Assembly: GCA_051362555.1 (NCBI GenBank)
Contig: CM120640.1
Location: 3,596,001-3,660,000 of the forward strand
DNA: 64,000 bases
Direction: 5' to 3'
Source: Lingula anatina
Lineage: Eukaryota; Animalia; Brachiopoda
Positions 22,851 to 50,500 of this stretch are shown here, piece after piece. The position numbers and the translations under genes are program-made. The stretch's first letter is position 1, and every line of letters starts with the position of its first letter. The notes under the pieces were generated by a model. It did not search any database and was not told where the DNA came from. It worked only from the letters and a program-made list of their open reading frames with translations.

Positions 22851-23510
22851 TCTGATGCGCTACATTGTGAAATATCAGAGTTAATACAAAAGTTAATTAA
22901 GTATCATTTAATTATCAGAAGTATGCGACTTCAGATATGAAGAGATTTAATTTATGACGAGCGCGCCAGAAGTAAATAGAATAAAAGTAATGGTATTATC
23001 TTTGTATTAAGTTTCACCCTATACAGTTGTAAGATATTCTTATTAAGCACATTTTTCTTGAATTCAGATATCCCAGTTCTACTAGTAATATACAATAGAC
23101 TTAGAAAAAAATTCTGCTGTGAGAGTTGAGGAGTCGTATTGTGTATTTGTGTATTTTGTCAAGTCGGCTATCAGTGTCAGGTCGTTTATCAGTCTCAAAT
23201 AAGCTGTAATCTTGTCAATGTATTTACTCAGTCGTTTCTTTCTTTCTTTTTTTTTTAAATTTACCTGGAGGTCATTTATCATTCCGACTTTGCCGCGCAT
23301 GATTTTATGTAAAAGGGTTATGTCATGATCGAGATTTACATTATCATATCAATGACTACAGCATATGTATATATTTATATGATGAAATAAAATGATAAAT
23401 TTCTACATCATTTGTTTACCCAACAACCGTTGCTCCCAAAGACTCATCAAGGATACATTTTTGCTACAAGTTGGGTTGTATCACAATATGTTGCGGTTTC
23501 TGTTCTTTTT

Positions 23511-23547
<37 letters not shown>

Positions 23548-24945
23548 TTTTTATTTATTTTATTTTTTTTTTACTGTTAACGTTGTTAATTTCTGTAGAA
23601 TTTGCGTCAAAAACAGATAATGGGCCTACTGTCACCCGTATTCGGCTATTTGTATTTCAAAAGGAATTCCCTAACAGGTCGAGATTGAATCATGAAGAAC
23701 AGGAAGTTTACCAGTTTATAACAGGATCTTGAAATGAAAAAATCTCCCCCGATGAGCCTTTTTGGAGACAGCGCTTCGTAAACAAATTCAGACTTGAGAA
23801 ACTGTAAACTGAAGGGCGGATCTTTTTTAAAAGTCGGACAAAAAGCCCAACTCCAGCACACGGTACACACGCACCGTGTCTAAATAAATGTGATTGTCGC
23901 TTTCGTAATATACTTAACCCGTTCTACGAGCGTTAAAATTAAGCAATTAAACCTTAAATATTCTTTTCTCCCACATTCTCCCTGGAAGAAAATCAAAGAG
24001 AAATAATCTGTGTCATGAAGAATTCGATCTTTATTGTTATTACTCGATATGAAGTGATCCGTACTTTATGCTGGTGCATTGTCCTTTTTTTTCTTCACAA
24101 ATGAGCCCACTGTGCCTTTTCCCCTTTTCAACTATAGTCTTCAAACCTTGAGTTCACAAGATCGCGTAAGCCTTACAGCTACACATCCGTGGAATAAATA
24201 GATGAATTTAATAAGAAACGATAAACAAAGCCACTCAGGTCCCCTCTCTAATTTTAACGAGAAAAAGTTATTTTTCGAAATCACGGGGCACGCCTCGATA
24301 GCAAGTCTCGTTATTTTCCACGTGTTATGATATCAGACGAAACACGTGACTGCATGATTATAAATTTTATGAACAAATTTTATTCAACTTGTCACACACT
24401 GATAGATCTACTGGAGATAGTGGGGGAAGGTATATGACGTGCACCTATCACGTGATCGTGACGATTTCAGTAAGAGATGCTAATACACGTACACCCAGCA
24501 GTTTGCACGTATCAAGGAGTTTGTGAATCTATTTCATGAAAAGCGCTTCTTTGAAAAATTTTATTTAAAAATGAATTTTTAGTTGAGAAACTACAACTTG
24601 GTCAACTGCCACTGGCCTTCTATGTGATAGGGGGTCTGTCTGTGTGCACGGAAGGCCCTTTTCACGTCCAACGGTATACTTACTGATACATTCTGGCCCG
24701 GTTCACAATGAGCTTCCACTTTGACTTAACATCAGGAAGGGGACGTGAGAGGGAGAAAAACCAAGATAAGGGCACTCCATGGGATTTTCCCGCCAAAATT
24801 AATATCTAGAGATTCTCTCTGCGCCTTTGAAAATCCCCAACAGTCATAATCATGTCTTGTGGAGCTAAAACAAAAACGATACAAAACACCCCGCCATTTT
24901 CTTGTGTGAAATGAGGCAATGCAGATGCCATTAAAATTCCATTTA

Positions 24946-26679
24946 AACTAGAGGATCAGAGAGGCGATACCGCCTCCTGGTATTGTACCACCAGCTGGAG
25001 TAAGCACATTCGAATGGGAAGGAAAAAGAAGGGGGAGAGGTTGACAAGCTGCATGAAATGCAGTAAACAAGGGTTATCATTTTTTATAGATAATTATTAT
25101 ATTTTTAAATCAGGTGGGAAAAAGTTAAAGGTCAAATACAAGGATGTAGTATCATTGTGAATGTAGGACTTCCTCTCTAACTGTAATGGAAACAATATTT
25201 CAAAGTTTGTTTATATTTGGGTTAAGTTCAATAGTAACTATGGGCATTTCTCTGTCAGTATATTTTATAAGGGTGGGAAAATTTGCAAACTACAGTTCAT
25301 GGTGAAAAATAGGTCAAAGGTCAATTTCAAAGTAAAAGTTTCCCAGTATATGACTTCCTATTCAAGATCAATAGCAACTATTGCTAGTTTTGGAGATATA
25401 AGGGAGTGAATTTTTTTTAGTGCAGTTCATTATGAAAAGTAGGTCACAGATCAATTTGAAGGTCAAAGGCTAATTTCAAAGTTACAGTAAGACCCCATTT
25501 CCACAGATTTTAGATCGATCTATCCCCATGGGGAGTCTCACTAGATTACTGTCAGCTTAGCTGGCTTAAGTGCCTGTCCTGCCTACTAAAAGCTGTAAGG
25601 GGATAATTAAATTCTGTGTGTGGTTGGCTAACTGCAGGGAGTTAGGTCGATCAAGTAAGATCGATCTTAATCTATGGGAATGTGCTCTAAGATTGTCAGT
25701 ATATCACTTCCTATTCAAGTTCAATGGTAACTATGGGTGTATCTCTGCTAGTTTTGATGATATAAGGACCAGAAAACTTGCAAAGTGAAGTTCATCATGA
25801 AAAGTAGGTCAAAGGTCAATATCAAGGTCACAGTTAGATTGCTAGTTAATGACTTCCTATTCAAATGCTATGGGTGTATCTCTGCTAATTTTGGGAGTAT
25901 TTTTTCATTTTATGTTAACTACTGAATATTGCATTGTTGTACTATTTAATAATGTGCAACTCCTAAACCGTATGGAAAATAAGAAAATGGACACCACCTC
26001 CAGTATTGTGCTTGACAAGCTGTACTTCATGCAAAAAACAAGACGTCTCTAGTGTATACAGTTCCACAATTACAGAGTTTTTAGTTTTGGCATCAAATGA
26101 CTGCTTCTCCCGTGAAAATGCACCGATTGACCCCAAACCCACGAAGATGAAGGGAGTCCCTAAATAGTAGCCCTCACTGTAATATGAAAGCTTAGGTCTA
26201 TGTAGTTTCTGAAAATTGGCACAAACAATTCTTTTTTTGCAGAAAATTCCCATTTTTAGAAAATTTTGGCCTGTTTGACCTTGAAATAAAGGTCAAATGT
26301 CAAATCCAAGGGCATATTTGGAAACTCCATATATGACTTTTGGTCAGACCTCTATAGTAACTTTTTCCATAATTCCTTCAGTTTGGGAGATATTTAGCAT
26401 CAAATTTTCAAAAATTTTGACAAGGGTGCATTTCAGTGAGCATCACACCCAGACCAATGCACCAACTGAGACAAAAATACCAGGGGGTTCAAGTTGAGAT
26501 TATATGTGACCTAAATCCAAGAGATGGGGACACAGGTCTTTGCGGTCTAGGAGGAGAAGCGGTAACGGTGACTTGTTTCCGGCGCCCGACTGCGGAGCCG
26601 CAGGAGCCGGCGGAGCTGTACGAGACGGGCCGGGACTAAAACCATGAGTACCGCCAGCGTATACGCTGGTGGTACTAAC
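24946..26679 (+). mobile_element. Non-autonomous Helentron/Helitron-like element (HINE-type), boundaries approximate
   Basis: Starts AACTAGAG, has internal degenerate AAGGTCAA/TGACC repeats and a GC-rich short-repeat patch, and ends in a 3' hairpin AGTACCGCCAGCG-TATA-CGCTGGTGGTACT (26647-26676). Absent from unit A. A related start fragment lies at ~42671. Confidence 0.55.
25491..25687. mobile_element. Palindromic MITE nested in the Helentron-like element
   Basis: Imperfect TIRs GACCCCATTTCCACAGATT / AATCTATGGGAATGTGCTC with TAA on both sides. Confidence 0.7.
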
Positions 26680-28015
26680 TAAAGTATCAAATCAAAAATG
26701 GAATAAAACTTTAACATTAAATCCAAGTGCAGGGACGGGTCAAGCATTGCTTCACGAGTAGGTGCACGTTTCAAATGCTTTCGCCCCAAACCCTGTTTAT
26801 CAATTTTGAAACAAAACAAAAGGATGACAATCATTCAAATTTATTTATTTGTGACCCTCAAAACCCACCTAATAATAAAAGACTGAGGCCCAGTTGGTCA
26901 TTTCCTGACCTATGCCAATTTCAGTACTAACTTAATGTTAGTGATAAGATTGAACGATGCACCCATGATCCATTTATTTATAATTATATTTATATACATA
27001 TCAAACATAAGTCCATATATAAGGCATGCTGTATCGTCAGCTCATGCCAAGTAAAAAAACTCCACCACATTGGCGAATCAGGAGACTATGTCACTTCCTG
27101 ATATTTGACTGGACAATACATATCAGTACTGGATTAAATAAAATTATCAGTAAACAAGTACACTATTAAAAAAACTTTAAGCTATCAAAGTTCACTGTAA
27201 TGTAGTGTACCAGATGAGAACTGCCATATACAAAACATTTACTGAACGACATGTACAATATAAATGAGTGCTCCTAAACGTTGTTAAAAATATAAATAAG
27301 TCACCTATAACTTCAATTTGATAATATTTGCCACAGATAACAGCCTCTTTAATACTACTCAGGCTGACAAATTATTTTATTTATTTATTTATCTCTTACT
27401 AAACAGTCACTGGCCAATCTCATATTTTGAACCTAACCCCCCCCCTCTCATGGTCTTAATACAGTACTGGACCCTTCATACGTGTATCATGGGTACAACA
27501 TACAGCACCTCTTATCACATGAACTGAGCTATCTATTTATATTGCAACTTCCTCCACCTTGATAATTGGTAAATGGTCAAATAAGATACATGACTGTTGT
27601 CACCAATTTAGAAAAAAATTAAAAGATTCTTATCACATCTTGAACATTCGATAATAATTAATCTTTAATTGCTATAGCTAGCCAGAATAACTTTACTATG
27701 ACAATGCATTAGGGAGCCAAGAAAAGACCAGCCATTCTTCTTCCCATAAAATCTTTGTGTCATCTTGTTTGAGCAATTCAAAGAATGAAATCAAACTCAG
27801 CATTTCATATAAACAGTGTGCTCGGTCAGCCATAGTTTAATGAACTATATAAAAAGACACTGTATTTGTTTAGCCATGTTAATTTGTTGGCTAGAATCTA
27901 AATATTACAACATATACATTTCACGTAGCCACTTGTTGAAAGCACTGATATTCATCAGCAATGGGATGTTCCCCCTGTAGATATCCCACAGTGCAATATC
28001 ATCATGGCTCCCACA

Positions 28016-43102
<15,087 letters not shown>

Positions 43103-43665
43103 CTTGGTTCCACAGAGCCTTTCCTTCTCAATGAGAAATATTTCCGAAATGAATGGAAAATAAAAACAATAACAAAGATTCACTTTTCCTCTTCGTCAGC
43201 ACCCACCATCTTAAATCTCTAACTTTCTCGTGAGATGTGGTGACATTTTCTTTCGGCAGCGAAAGTAAGTACCCCAAATAACGCTAAAATAAACGACTTG
43301 AAAACTCATTTAACTGATAAATGAATCTTGAAGAGGGGACATGAACTGATAATGTAGGAAACTAAACAGAAAATATAAAGTCATGTGACTTCAGCGTGAT
43401 CATAACAACTGAGGAAATCGAGGTCAATGGTCACACGTGGCCTCGGGTATAAGAGGACAAATCGAGATCTCAGATATGATAGGGGCAGAACGGATGTAAG
43501 CACGAGAAAACTCGTCGTTGGCACTTTTCACTTTGTGGTCTTCAATCACAACTGGTGTTTTGTACCATATTACTGTTCGGAATTTCTGTAAAGTACTGAT
43601 CCAGGACAGACCATTATTTTCTTGCCTCAACTCCAGGTTTTAATTTCATAACACAAGAAGTGAGT
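43103..43665. promoter_or_regulatory. Bidirectional CpG-rich promoter region between TBC1D9 and GLRX2
   Basis: Head-to-head genes with a local CpG enrichment in otherwise CpG-poor DNA. Plus-strand donors GTAAGT (43265) and GTGAGT (~43660) suggest alternative non-coding first exons of GLRX2. Confidence 0.6.
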
Positions 43666-43838
43666 AACTACTGTGTCTGTTTGATTTATATAATTTAGAT
43701 TGGAGTGTTCGAGAGAAATTGGGGTGTTGTGGAGTTTGTACTTATTGCCCTGCTGTTAACTAGTAGATTTACAGTAGATTTTTATTTGCCTGGTTTACTC
43801 TGCTAGTTACCTTAATTGTTGTTCTGGTATTGGTATTA

Positions 43839-44016
43839 TGCTGCATTCAGAACAGCGGGCTGACTATATAGTCTGCAGGCCATATATGGCGACCGACTAA
43901 AAGCTTGCCATCTAATCTGCTAATAGACTTTGAATAGATTTTCCATGGGGAAGTATTAAAGTGGGTGGGCCATATTTGACCTGTGGACTAGTTAATGTGC
44001 TGTTCTGAATGTGGCC
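43839..44016. mobile_element. Tourist-like palindromic MITE
   Basis: TIRs GCTGCATTCAGAACAGC / GCTGTTCTGAATGTGGC with TTA on both sides. Confidence 0.75.
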
Positions 44017-44206
44017 TTACTCTCTTATGTGTGCACTTATTAAATATAGCACAATATAATACAGTATACTGCATTATGAATGATGCAGAATATTATGGAA
44101 TATCAATACCATGAAAATTTGCATCACTACTGGTATAGCATGAAAAATCATGTGTTAATATATTAAGATATGTTCTGTTTTATTTCTCTTTGCATAACCA
44201 GCACAG

Positions 44207-45711
44207 ATGTTGAGAACAAGAACTGAGGCTTTGAGGCACATCTGGAGAGTAAACCGCTGTCTCACGTACCACAATCAAGAGAAGTTCAGTGCTGTTAGTG
44301 TATCCCAACACAATTTTGGTTGTCTCAGCAAACACAACCAGGACAGTCTCACCAAACACAATCTAGCTAAGTTCCACTCTGGTTCAGTTGTCAGTATGGG
44401 AGGCAGGGTATCTCAGCCATCTCCAGCCATTCATCAGTTTATAAATGAAGAAGTTTCTAAGAATTGTGTCACAATTTTCTCTAAGACAAGCTGCGGTTTT
44501 TGCAAGAGGACCAAAAGATTACTGGACCAGCTAGAAGTGCCGTACAAATCCATAGAGTTGAACTGCAGAGATGATGGACCACTTATACAACAGGAATTAC
44601 AAGTTATGACTGGTTCATCTACAGTGAGTATAAACACAGTAATATTTCTAAGGAACCATTCAGAATGAGTTACGCCAACCTAGTTAATGCGCACTAACTC
44701 CATGAACTCTTGCTAAAGGCAATCAGATTAACAGACTTAGGAACCATTCCCGTAACCCTATCGTTCTAACAGGATCAATTTTCTCTCCGAGGGGATTCTC
44801 GCTAAATTGCATTCAGTTTAAGCGTGCACAAAAGTTAATTACACCCCTGGCAGCTTTAGTGGATGTGACAGACATTTTAGCTGCTTGAACTGAATGCAAT
44901 CTAGTGAGAATCCTCTCGGAGTTATTTCGATCCAGCTAGTACAATAGGATTATGGGTACCCAGTCTACTCAACCTCTAACTTCCAACTTACTTGGATAAT
45001 CACCTGCTTTTCTGTATTCTATCATATGCCAGAACGAGGTGTGTAAGTCTGTTAATCAGGGCTCCGTATCTCGAAAGGTTCGCTATGTTGCACACGTGCG
45101 CAAGCGTCTCGATTCCATGGCCCCATATCTCGAAATAGAATCAGTTATGGAATCGAGACACTTGCGCATGTGCGCAACATAGCGAACCTTTCGAGATACG
45201 GAGCCCTTATTGCATTGGAGTAAGTGAGCATTAACTAGTTTGACAAAACTCATTCTTCATGTTTCCTTAAAAGCTGAAGTGCAGTACATACCAAGACATA
45301 CTGAAACTGTTCTACTGGTAATGACTGATAAAATCAATGTCATGTGCATTAATTCTCCCCTTATATATTGTGATGTCCTGACATGTTGCTGAATTTGATG
45401 TTATAAAGGTGATTAGGTAAACAATGGCATTGTCATATTAATTTCAGTTATTTTTAAGTTATTATACAATTTGTTTGTTTTTCTGGACTGATATTAGACA
45501 TTAATTCTTTGATGTTCTTATTAGATAACTTTTGATACCCACTTTTTTGTGCCAATTTCTTGGGGTGATTTCAACAATACAAATGGCTTATTGTTCATTT
45601 CAGGTCCCCAGTGTGTTTGTGAATGGCCAGTACATAGGAGGCAGTGATGACACCAACAGGCTGCAAAAAGAGGGGAAGCTTCTACCACTAGTCAGACAGT
45701 GTATGCCATGA
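44207..45711 (+). CDS. GLRX2: Glutaredoxin-2-like dithiol glutaredoxin with a mitochondrial-type presequence (exons 44207-44623, 45604-45711)
   Basis: VTIFSKTSCGFCKRTK active site, TG.ST|VPSVFVNGQYIGGSDD glutathione-binding motifs and an Arg-rich, acid-poor N-terminus. Confidence 0.9.
44652..45266. mobile_element. Three nested palindromic MITEs in the GLRX2 intron (outer 44652-45266; inner ~44740-44965 and 45059-45206)
   Basis: Outer TIRs GGAACCATTCAGAATGAGTT / AACTCATTCTTCATGTTTCC. The element at 45059-45206 is a near-perfect hairpin (GGGCTCCGTATCTCGAAAGGTTCGCTATGTTGC...) flanked by TCA/TTA. Confidence 0.8.
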
Positions 45712-47572
45712 GGGACCAAACATTACTTGTGTTGTATTCCAGACTTCCATCTCGCCCTGCTATTGACAGTGCTGTTTTACAATAGGGCTGCATATTCTGT
45801 ATATATGTTGCTTTTTTTTTAAATAACTGACTTTTTTGTAATTTTTTCAGTCCAGAGCTCAAGTTAAAAACTACCTCAAACTGTAGCACGTGCCCTGTAC
45901 AGTTAAGCAAAAACTCACTCCGTCAAAACATGAATTTTTAGCAAATTATGAGCAACTTGTAACTGCAGTTAACAAAGTGTTTTTCTTCTGATATTGAAAG
46001 GTGCTTTGAGCTATGACAAATCATACCATGACCCCCTGTATTTCAATATTTATGTATGGGGTATTTGCAGGACTACATGCAGGAGTTAAGTACAGAAGAA
46101 TGCAACAGATATATTCTTGAGGTTGTCAAAGATTCCCTGGTACTGCTCAACCGTCAATCAAGTTCTACTCTCAAAACTACCCTAGGAGTATGTTTTAGTA
46201 TTATGGAGTATGTTTTAGTTAGATTATTTTTTCATGAAACACATGAACAATTGCATACATTCCTTCCTTTGACATCTTTCCAGCTGCAATTGTGCTGGAA
46301 TAGGATTTTTATTTTCTCTTGTTTTTACTTCATAACATCATTGGCTGATGATATAAAGTTCTCTTTGACAATGTCAAGGGGCTTTTGAAGAACTGCATTT
46401 TAACACTAAGTGAATTTGCTGGAATGAAAACAGTTCTTTAAACATACAGGGTTTTTATTGAGTTTACTATTCAGTTGAATTAAAATGGAACAGGGTTTTT
46501 CAGTTTCTCCTGTAAAGATGGTAAAAGTAGTTGTGTTTAAGGTGTTTTTATGAAGGATTGAAACATCTAACCAGCAAAACGTGTTAACACTCTTCAGAAA
46601 CAATTGATTTTATACCACTCTATGCAGTAGCACTTGAAAACCCCTTAAAATCCCATTACCTACACATTTGAAAAAAAAAAACAAAATATAAGAAAAACAA
46701 CTAGCATTTGTGGTATGTTTTGATTGTTTTTATTGTATACATTTTGGTTTTTATCCATATATAGAATCTAAGAAAGTAAAACTTTTTTGACCAATATAAT
46801 TGTTATTCATTTTCATTTATAATACATGTCACTTGCATGACAATGTGACTATATATATATATAGAGAGAGAGAGAGTGAATGAGTATTGTCATAACGAAA
46901 AAAAAAAAAAACGACTGATGCGATCAGTGGTACATTTCATTTCAGCTTCTGTTTTTACTTAATTCTCAACACTTTAACTAACACTTGATATAATTTAATG
47001 CCATTATATTTATAACTTTGTTGACATTTGCAGCAGTTGTCAAGTAATTGTTAGTGTATGCCAGCTGAAAATTCTTGTCTCCTGTCCAAGTTAGACTAGT
47101 CCCACTTGGTTAACATGATGGGATTATTGTTAGATTTAAATTTATTAAGTGTTTCCCTTAACATTCATTAAATGCACTACAGTGGAAAAGGATGACCATT
47201 GTCATCCGTGAAAGACACAAGTGTAGGTAGAAATATATCTATAGGAGATGATTGACTACATTTTTCTTGTCCTTTTTTCCATCAAGGCCATATTTGCCCA
47301 GTTGTCCTTTGCTCAATTCTCTGCTCAGAATATCTCCATTCAATTTTGTAATTTGACAAAATTTCCCCATGCCTACCCTGAGTTTTGTTCCAGCTGAAGG
47401 TAATCTCATTTTCCTAGATACCCAGGTAACCTTCAGCCAAAATACTTAACAGTCAAGTGGAAATGGATAAGTAGATGGTTTTGCCTTTTGAGACAACCTG
47501 GACCCAGGATACCTATGCCTAGGGCTCTCTCTTTGTGGCACTTCATGCGTCAGCTTTAATCCTCCTTGTCTC

Positions 47573-50500
47573 CTATGCCATGCTGCCCCGCGCAGTTTGC
47601 AGAGGAGCTTTATTTTTCTCTTTTATTATGTATTCGTGATCAACTCCTGGAAAAAAGTGCATTTATGAGTCTTTTCCTAAAGACAGCAGAAACTGCTTAC
47701 ACAAAGAACTTAATTTAAAGGACAAAATAAACATTAATGGATGTATATGATTTTGTGACTTAAATGTACAATGTCCACAGCATATGTACTGAATGAGGTG
47801 CTTATGACCCATCAAAACCAGGAATCACACATACATTATAGTTGCAAGAGAAGGCAATGCACTGTTCAAATGTGAAGATGGAAGAAAACTGATCTTGAAA
47901 AGGCATTTCCATAATTTTTTAAAATTATTGAAAGAAGTGAAACTGAAGTTGGGCATTAAGGAAAAAGTACTAATAAAGTGATCGTGATCCATTTCAGTTC
48001 TTGTTTTTTTTAATAAAGGAACACTCTGACAATACTGTGACAAAAAGCAGACAAAACTGAACAGGCTTGTGTTTTCTTTATTTAATGAATTAAAATGTGA
48101 AAGTTTTTACCATTTGTGTGATTCATGTTTGAGCAGCTTTTGGCGTGGGTTAAGGCATGAAGATCAAATCCTGGGAATGAACTGGAAAATAAAGATAAAT
48201 AATACTAATAAATATTAATATTTTAAACTGACATTTACCCTGCAGTCCTCACTATCTCAATATCAATCAGTATAGCTGAAAAAAAGATTTTCAAAATATC
48301 TCTCATGTTACGTATAGGTAATAAAATCTTAATTTTAAAAATGTGGCATGTATATTATAAAATTATCTGGCTACCTCTTCCTCTGGAGTTCCTTTTTTCC
48401 TGCCACTTCAAGATGTGACTTCAGGGTGTTGTCTGCCTCTTCTTTGTCTGTACTGCCATTTTTAACCCCAGCCAGCCAGTATGTATTCATTGTACCTTTA
48501 CCCTGGAGAGAGAAACAGGATTCAATGTTGTATCATAGAAAGTTATTTGATTACTGAAATGAATAAAACTGATGAAACAAGCTTTTAAAAATATGAAGTA
48601 CATGTGTCATTCTCTGTGGGTTATAGTGGTAGCTTCAAAACCACTCTGTACTTCTGTGATATAATATTATGTTCTATTTCAGGCAAGTTGTCTAGTAACT
48701 CAAGAAAGCAATTGGCATTGTGTTAGGTGTGCACATTGTGCATTGTGGCTGGTTTGGCTGACAAAAGCAGGTGCTGGCACCCAATACATTCTCTATAGTT
48801 CTCAGAATCTCAACAATGCTACATGTGCATGCCTTGCATATCGCAGCACCAAAGGAAGTAGAAGCTATAGAGTTCCCCCATGACAGGGTGGGACTCACAT
48901 TTGACTGATAGGCACAGGTTCCCAACCTCTCCATTGTACTTAACAATAGTTCTTTATGTGCAATTTATACTGCCATGAAACCGGTCAGTTGTTGGAAGTG
49001 TTTTCTTAACTTAAAACTCTTTAAAAGAAGTCATCAATTTCTTGTGTGTGAGTGTGTGCTTTTTTCGCCCATTTTTTCACTGTTTGTTTCAATCTAATGA
49101 AGTTGTTTTTAAATGAAATTTAGAAAACATTCAGGGAATTTATTCCTATAAGGAACTTGAATTTCAAAAACATGATTATCAAAAGTTGAATAATAACATC
49201 AAACCTTTGCCTTATATAGGCTTAGATAGGTAATATGCTGTAAACTGACATTCGCCCCCCCTCCCCCCCCCCCCCCATCACACACACACACACACAAAAA
49301 ATGAAAAACAAATAAAAGAAAAAAGAATGAAAAAAATGAAAAATTTTTCCACAATCAGAAAAATAAATCAGAAAAATAAAGTCAAAACTGAAGAATTAGA
49401 AAATTTGCAAATGTTATTCCATTGCCTAATTGTTATTATATCTACAGACATATTAACCCAATGCATGACATAATTCATAATTTGCAATGAAATGTACATT
49501 TATACTTGATCTCTCGTCACACCTCTAAAAAGCCATCTATGCACTGTGTATGGGCAGCTGAAAGACAGAGAGCACAGTCAGCCCCTATGCCTTCCTGTTC
49601 CCCATATGTGTTCACTTCACTAAAATTGGCCTTATGCCACTTTCTATTAACAGGTTGAAACAATAACAAACCAGAGAGACGGGGAGTTGGAACAGTTTAA
49701 AGAAACGGCCCCTCAGCATAGCTAGCAAGCAGAAAATTGCTTTCTCTGGCATCAAATTGAGTAAGGTCCATCAGCACTGGGCCAATATGAGGAGGGCTGC
49801 TGGTGTAACACTGTCAAATTGAAGTATTCTTACTGTGCCACACACCCACACAAATAAGGAGTACAGACCAGCAGCAACATGAGGTAAGTGGAACACTTGG
49901 AGGAGGAACTGAATGAACCCTGGTAAAGCACGAACTGTGGAGGTAAATTGATAAACAGACTTGTGTGTTTTGGGAAAACATGTCAGTGAGATGGCATAAG
50001 GGATATTACATGAAGTGTATGGTGCTTGCATGGTAAAGAAATCTTTGTTGTACATGTAGTTTATCAAGGTTGATGGAGTGAAAGGAATGAAAAATGAGAT
50101 TTATTATGATAGTGGAGCTTTGCTACGTGGCAATTACAAAAAAGTTATACATATATGATTGCCTTTGTGTGAAATATTATTAAGTTATCCAATGCAGAAA
50201 TAATTTTTATGATTTTAATAAGGTCCACATTTAAAGGCCAAATCTGTCGCAACTACCCCTTCATTTTGTTGGCACCAGTGAGTTGGTAGAACAGCAGGAG
50301 AAATCCACATAGCATTTGCAAGACCAGACATGTTCCTGCATGATTCTCGAGGCAGTGCACTTTGTGGTAGTTAGCTAATTGGGACGGTGTCTAAGAGACG
50401 CTAGTTTTGATGTGGTTACAAAAGAAACCTGTTGGTATTTTCAATGCAGGCAGTACAAAAATCACAAAAAAAATGTTTTTGTATCCATTTACTGCAATGA

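Larger units (their letters stand above)
19218..27791. repeat. Tandem segmental duplication, unit B (ends inside the TBC1D9 3' UTR region)
   Basis: The junction AAGAATG-AAAT-TTCTTAC at 19211-19228 joins the sequence ending at 27791 to the sequence starting at 8137 through a shared AAAT. Confidence 0.9.

Noticed and set aside
23392-23732. Hydrophobic, membrane-like ORFs (also the tail of 29917-30267)
   Set aside because: The FIYL-type repeats are translations of (ATTT)n microsatellites.
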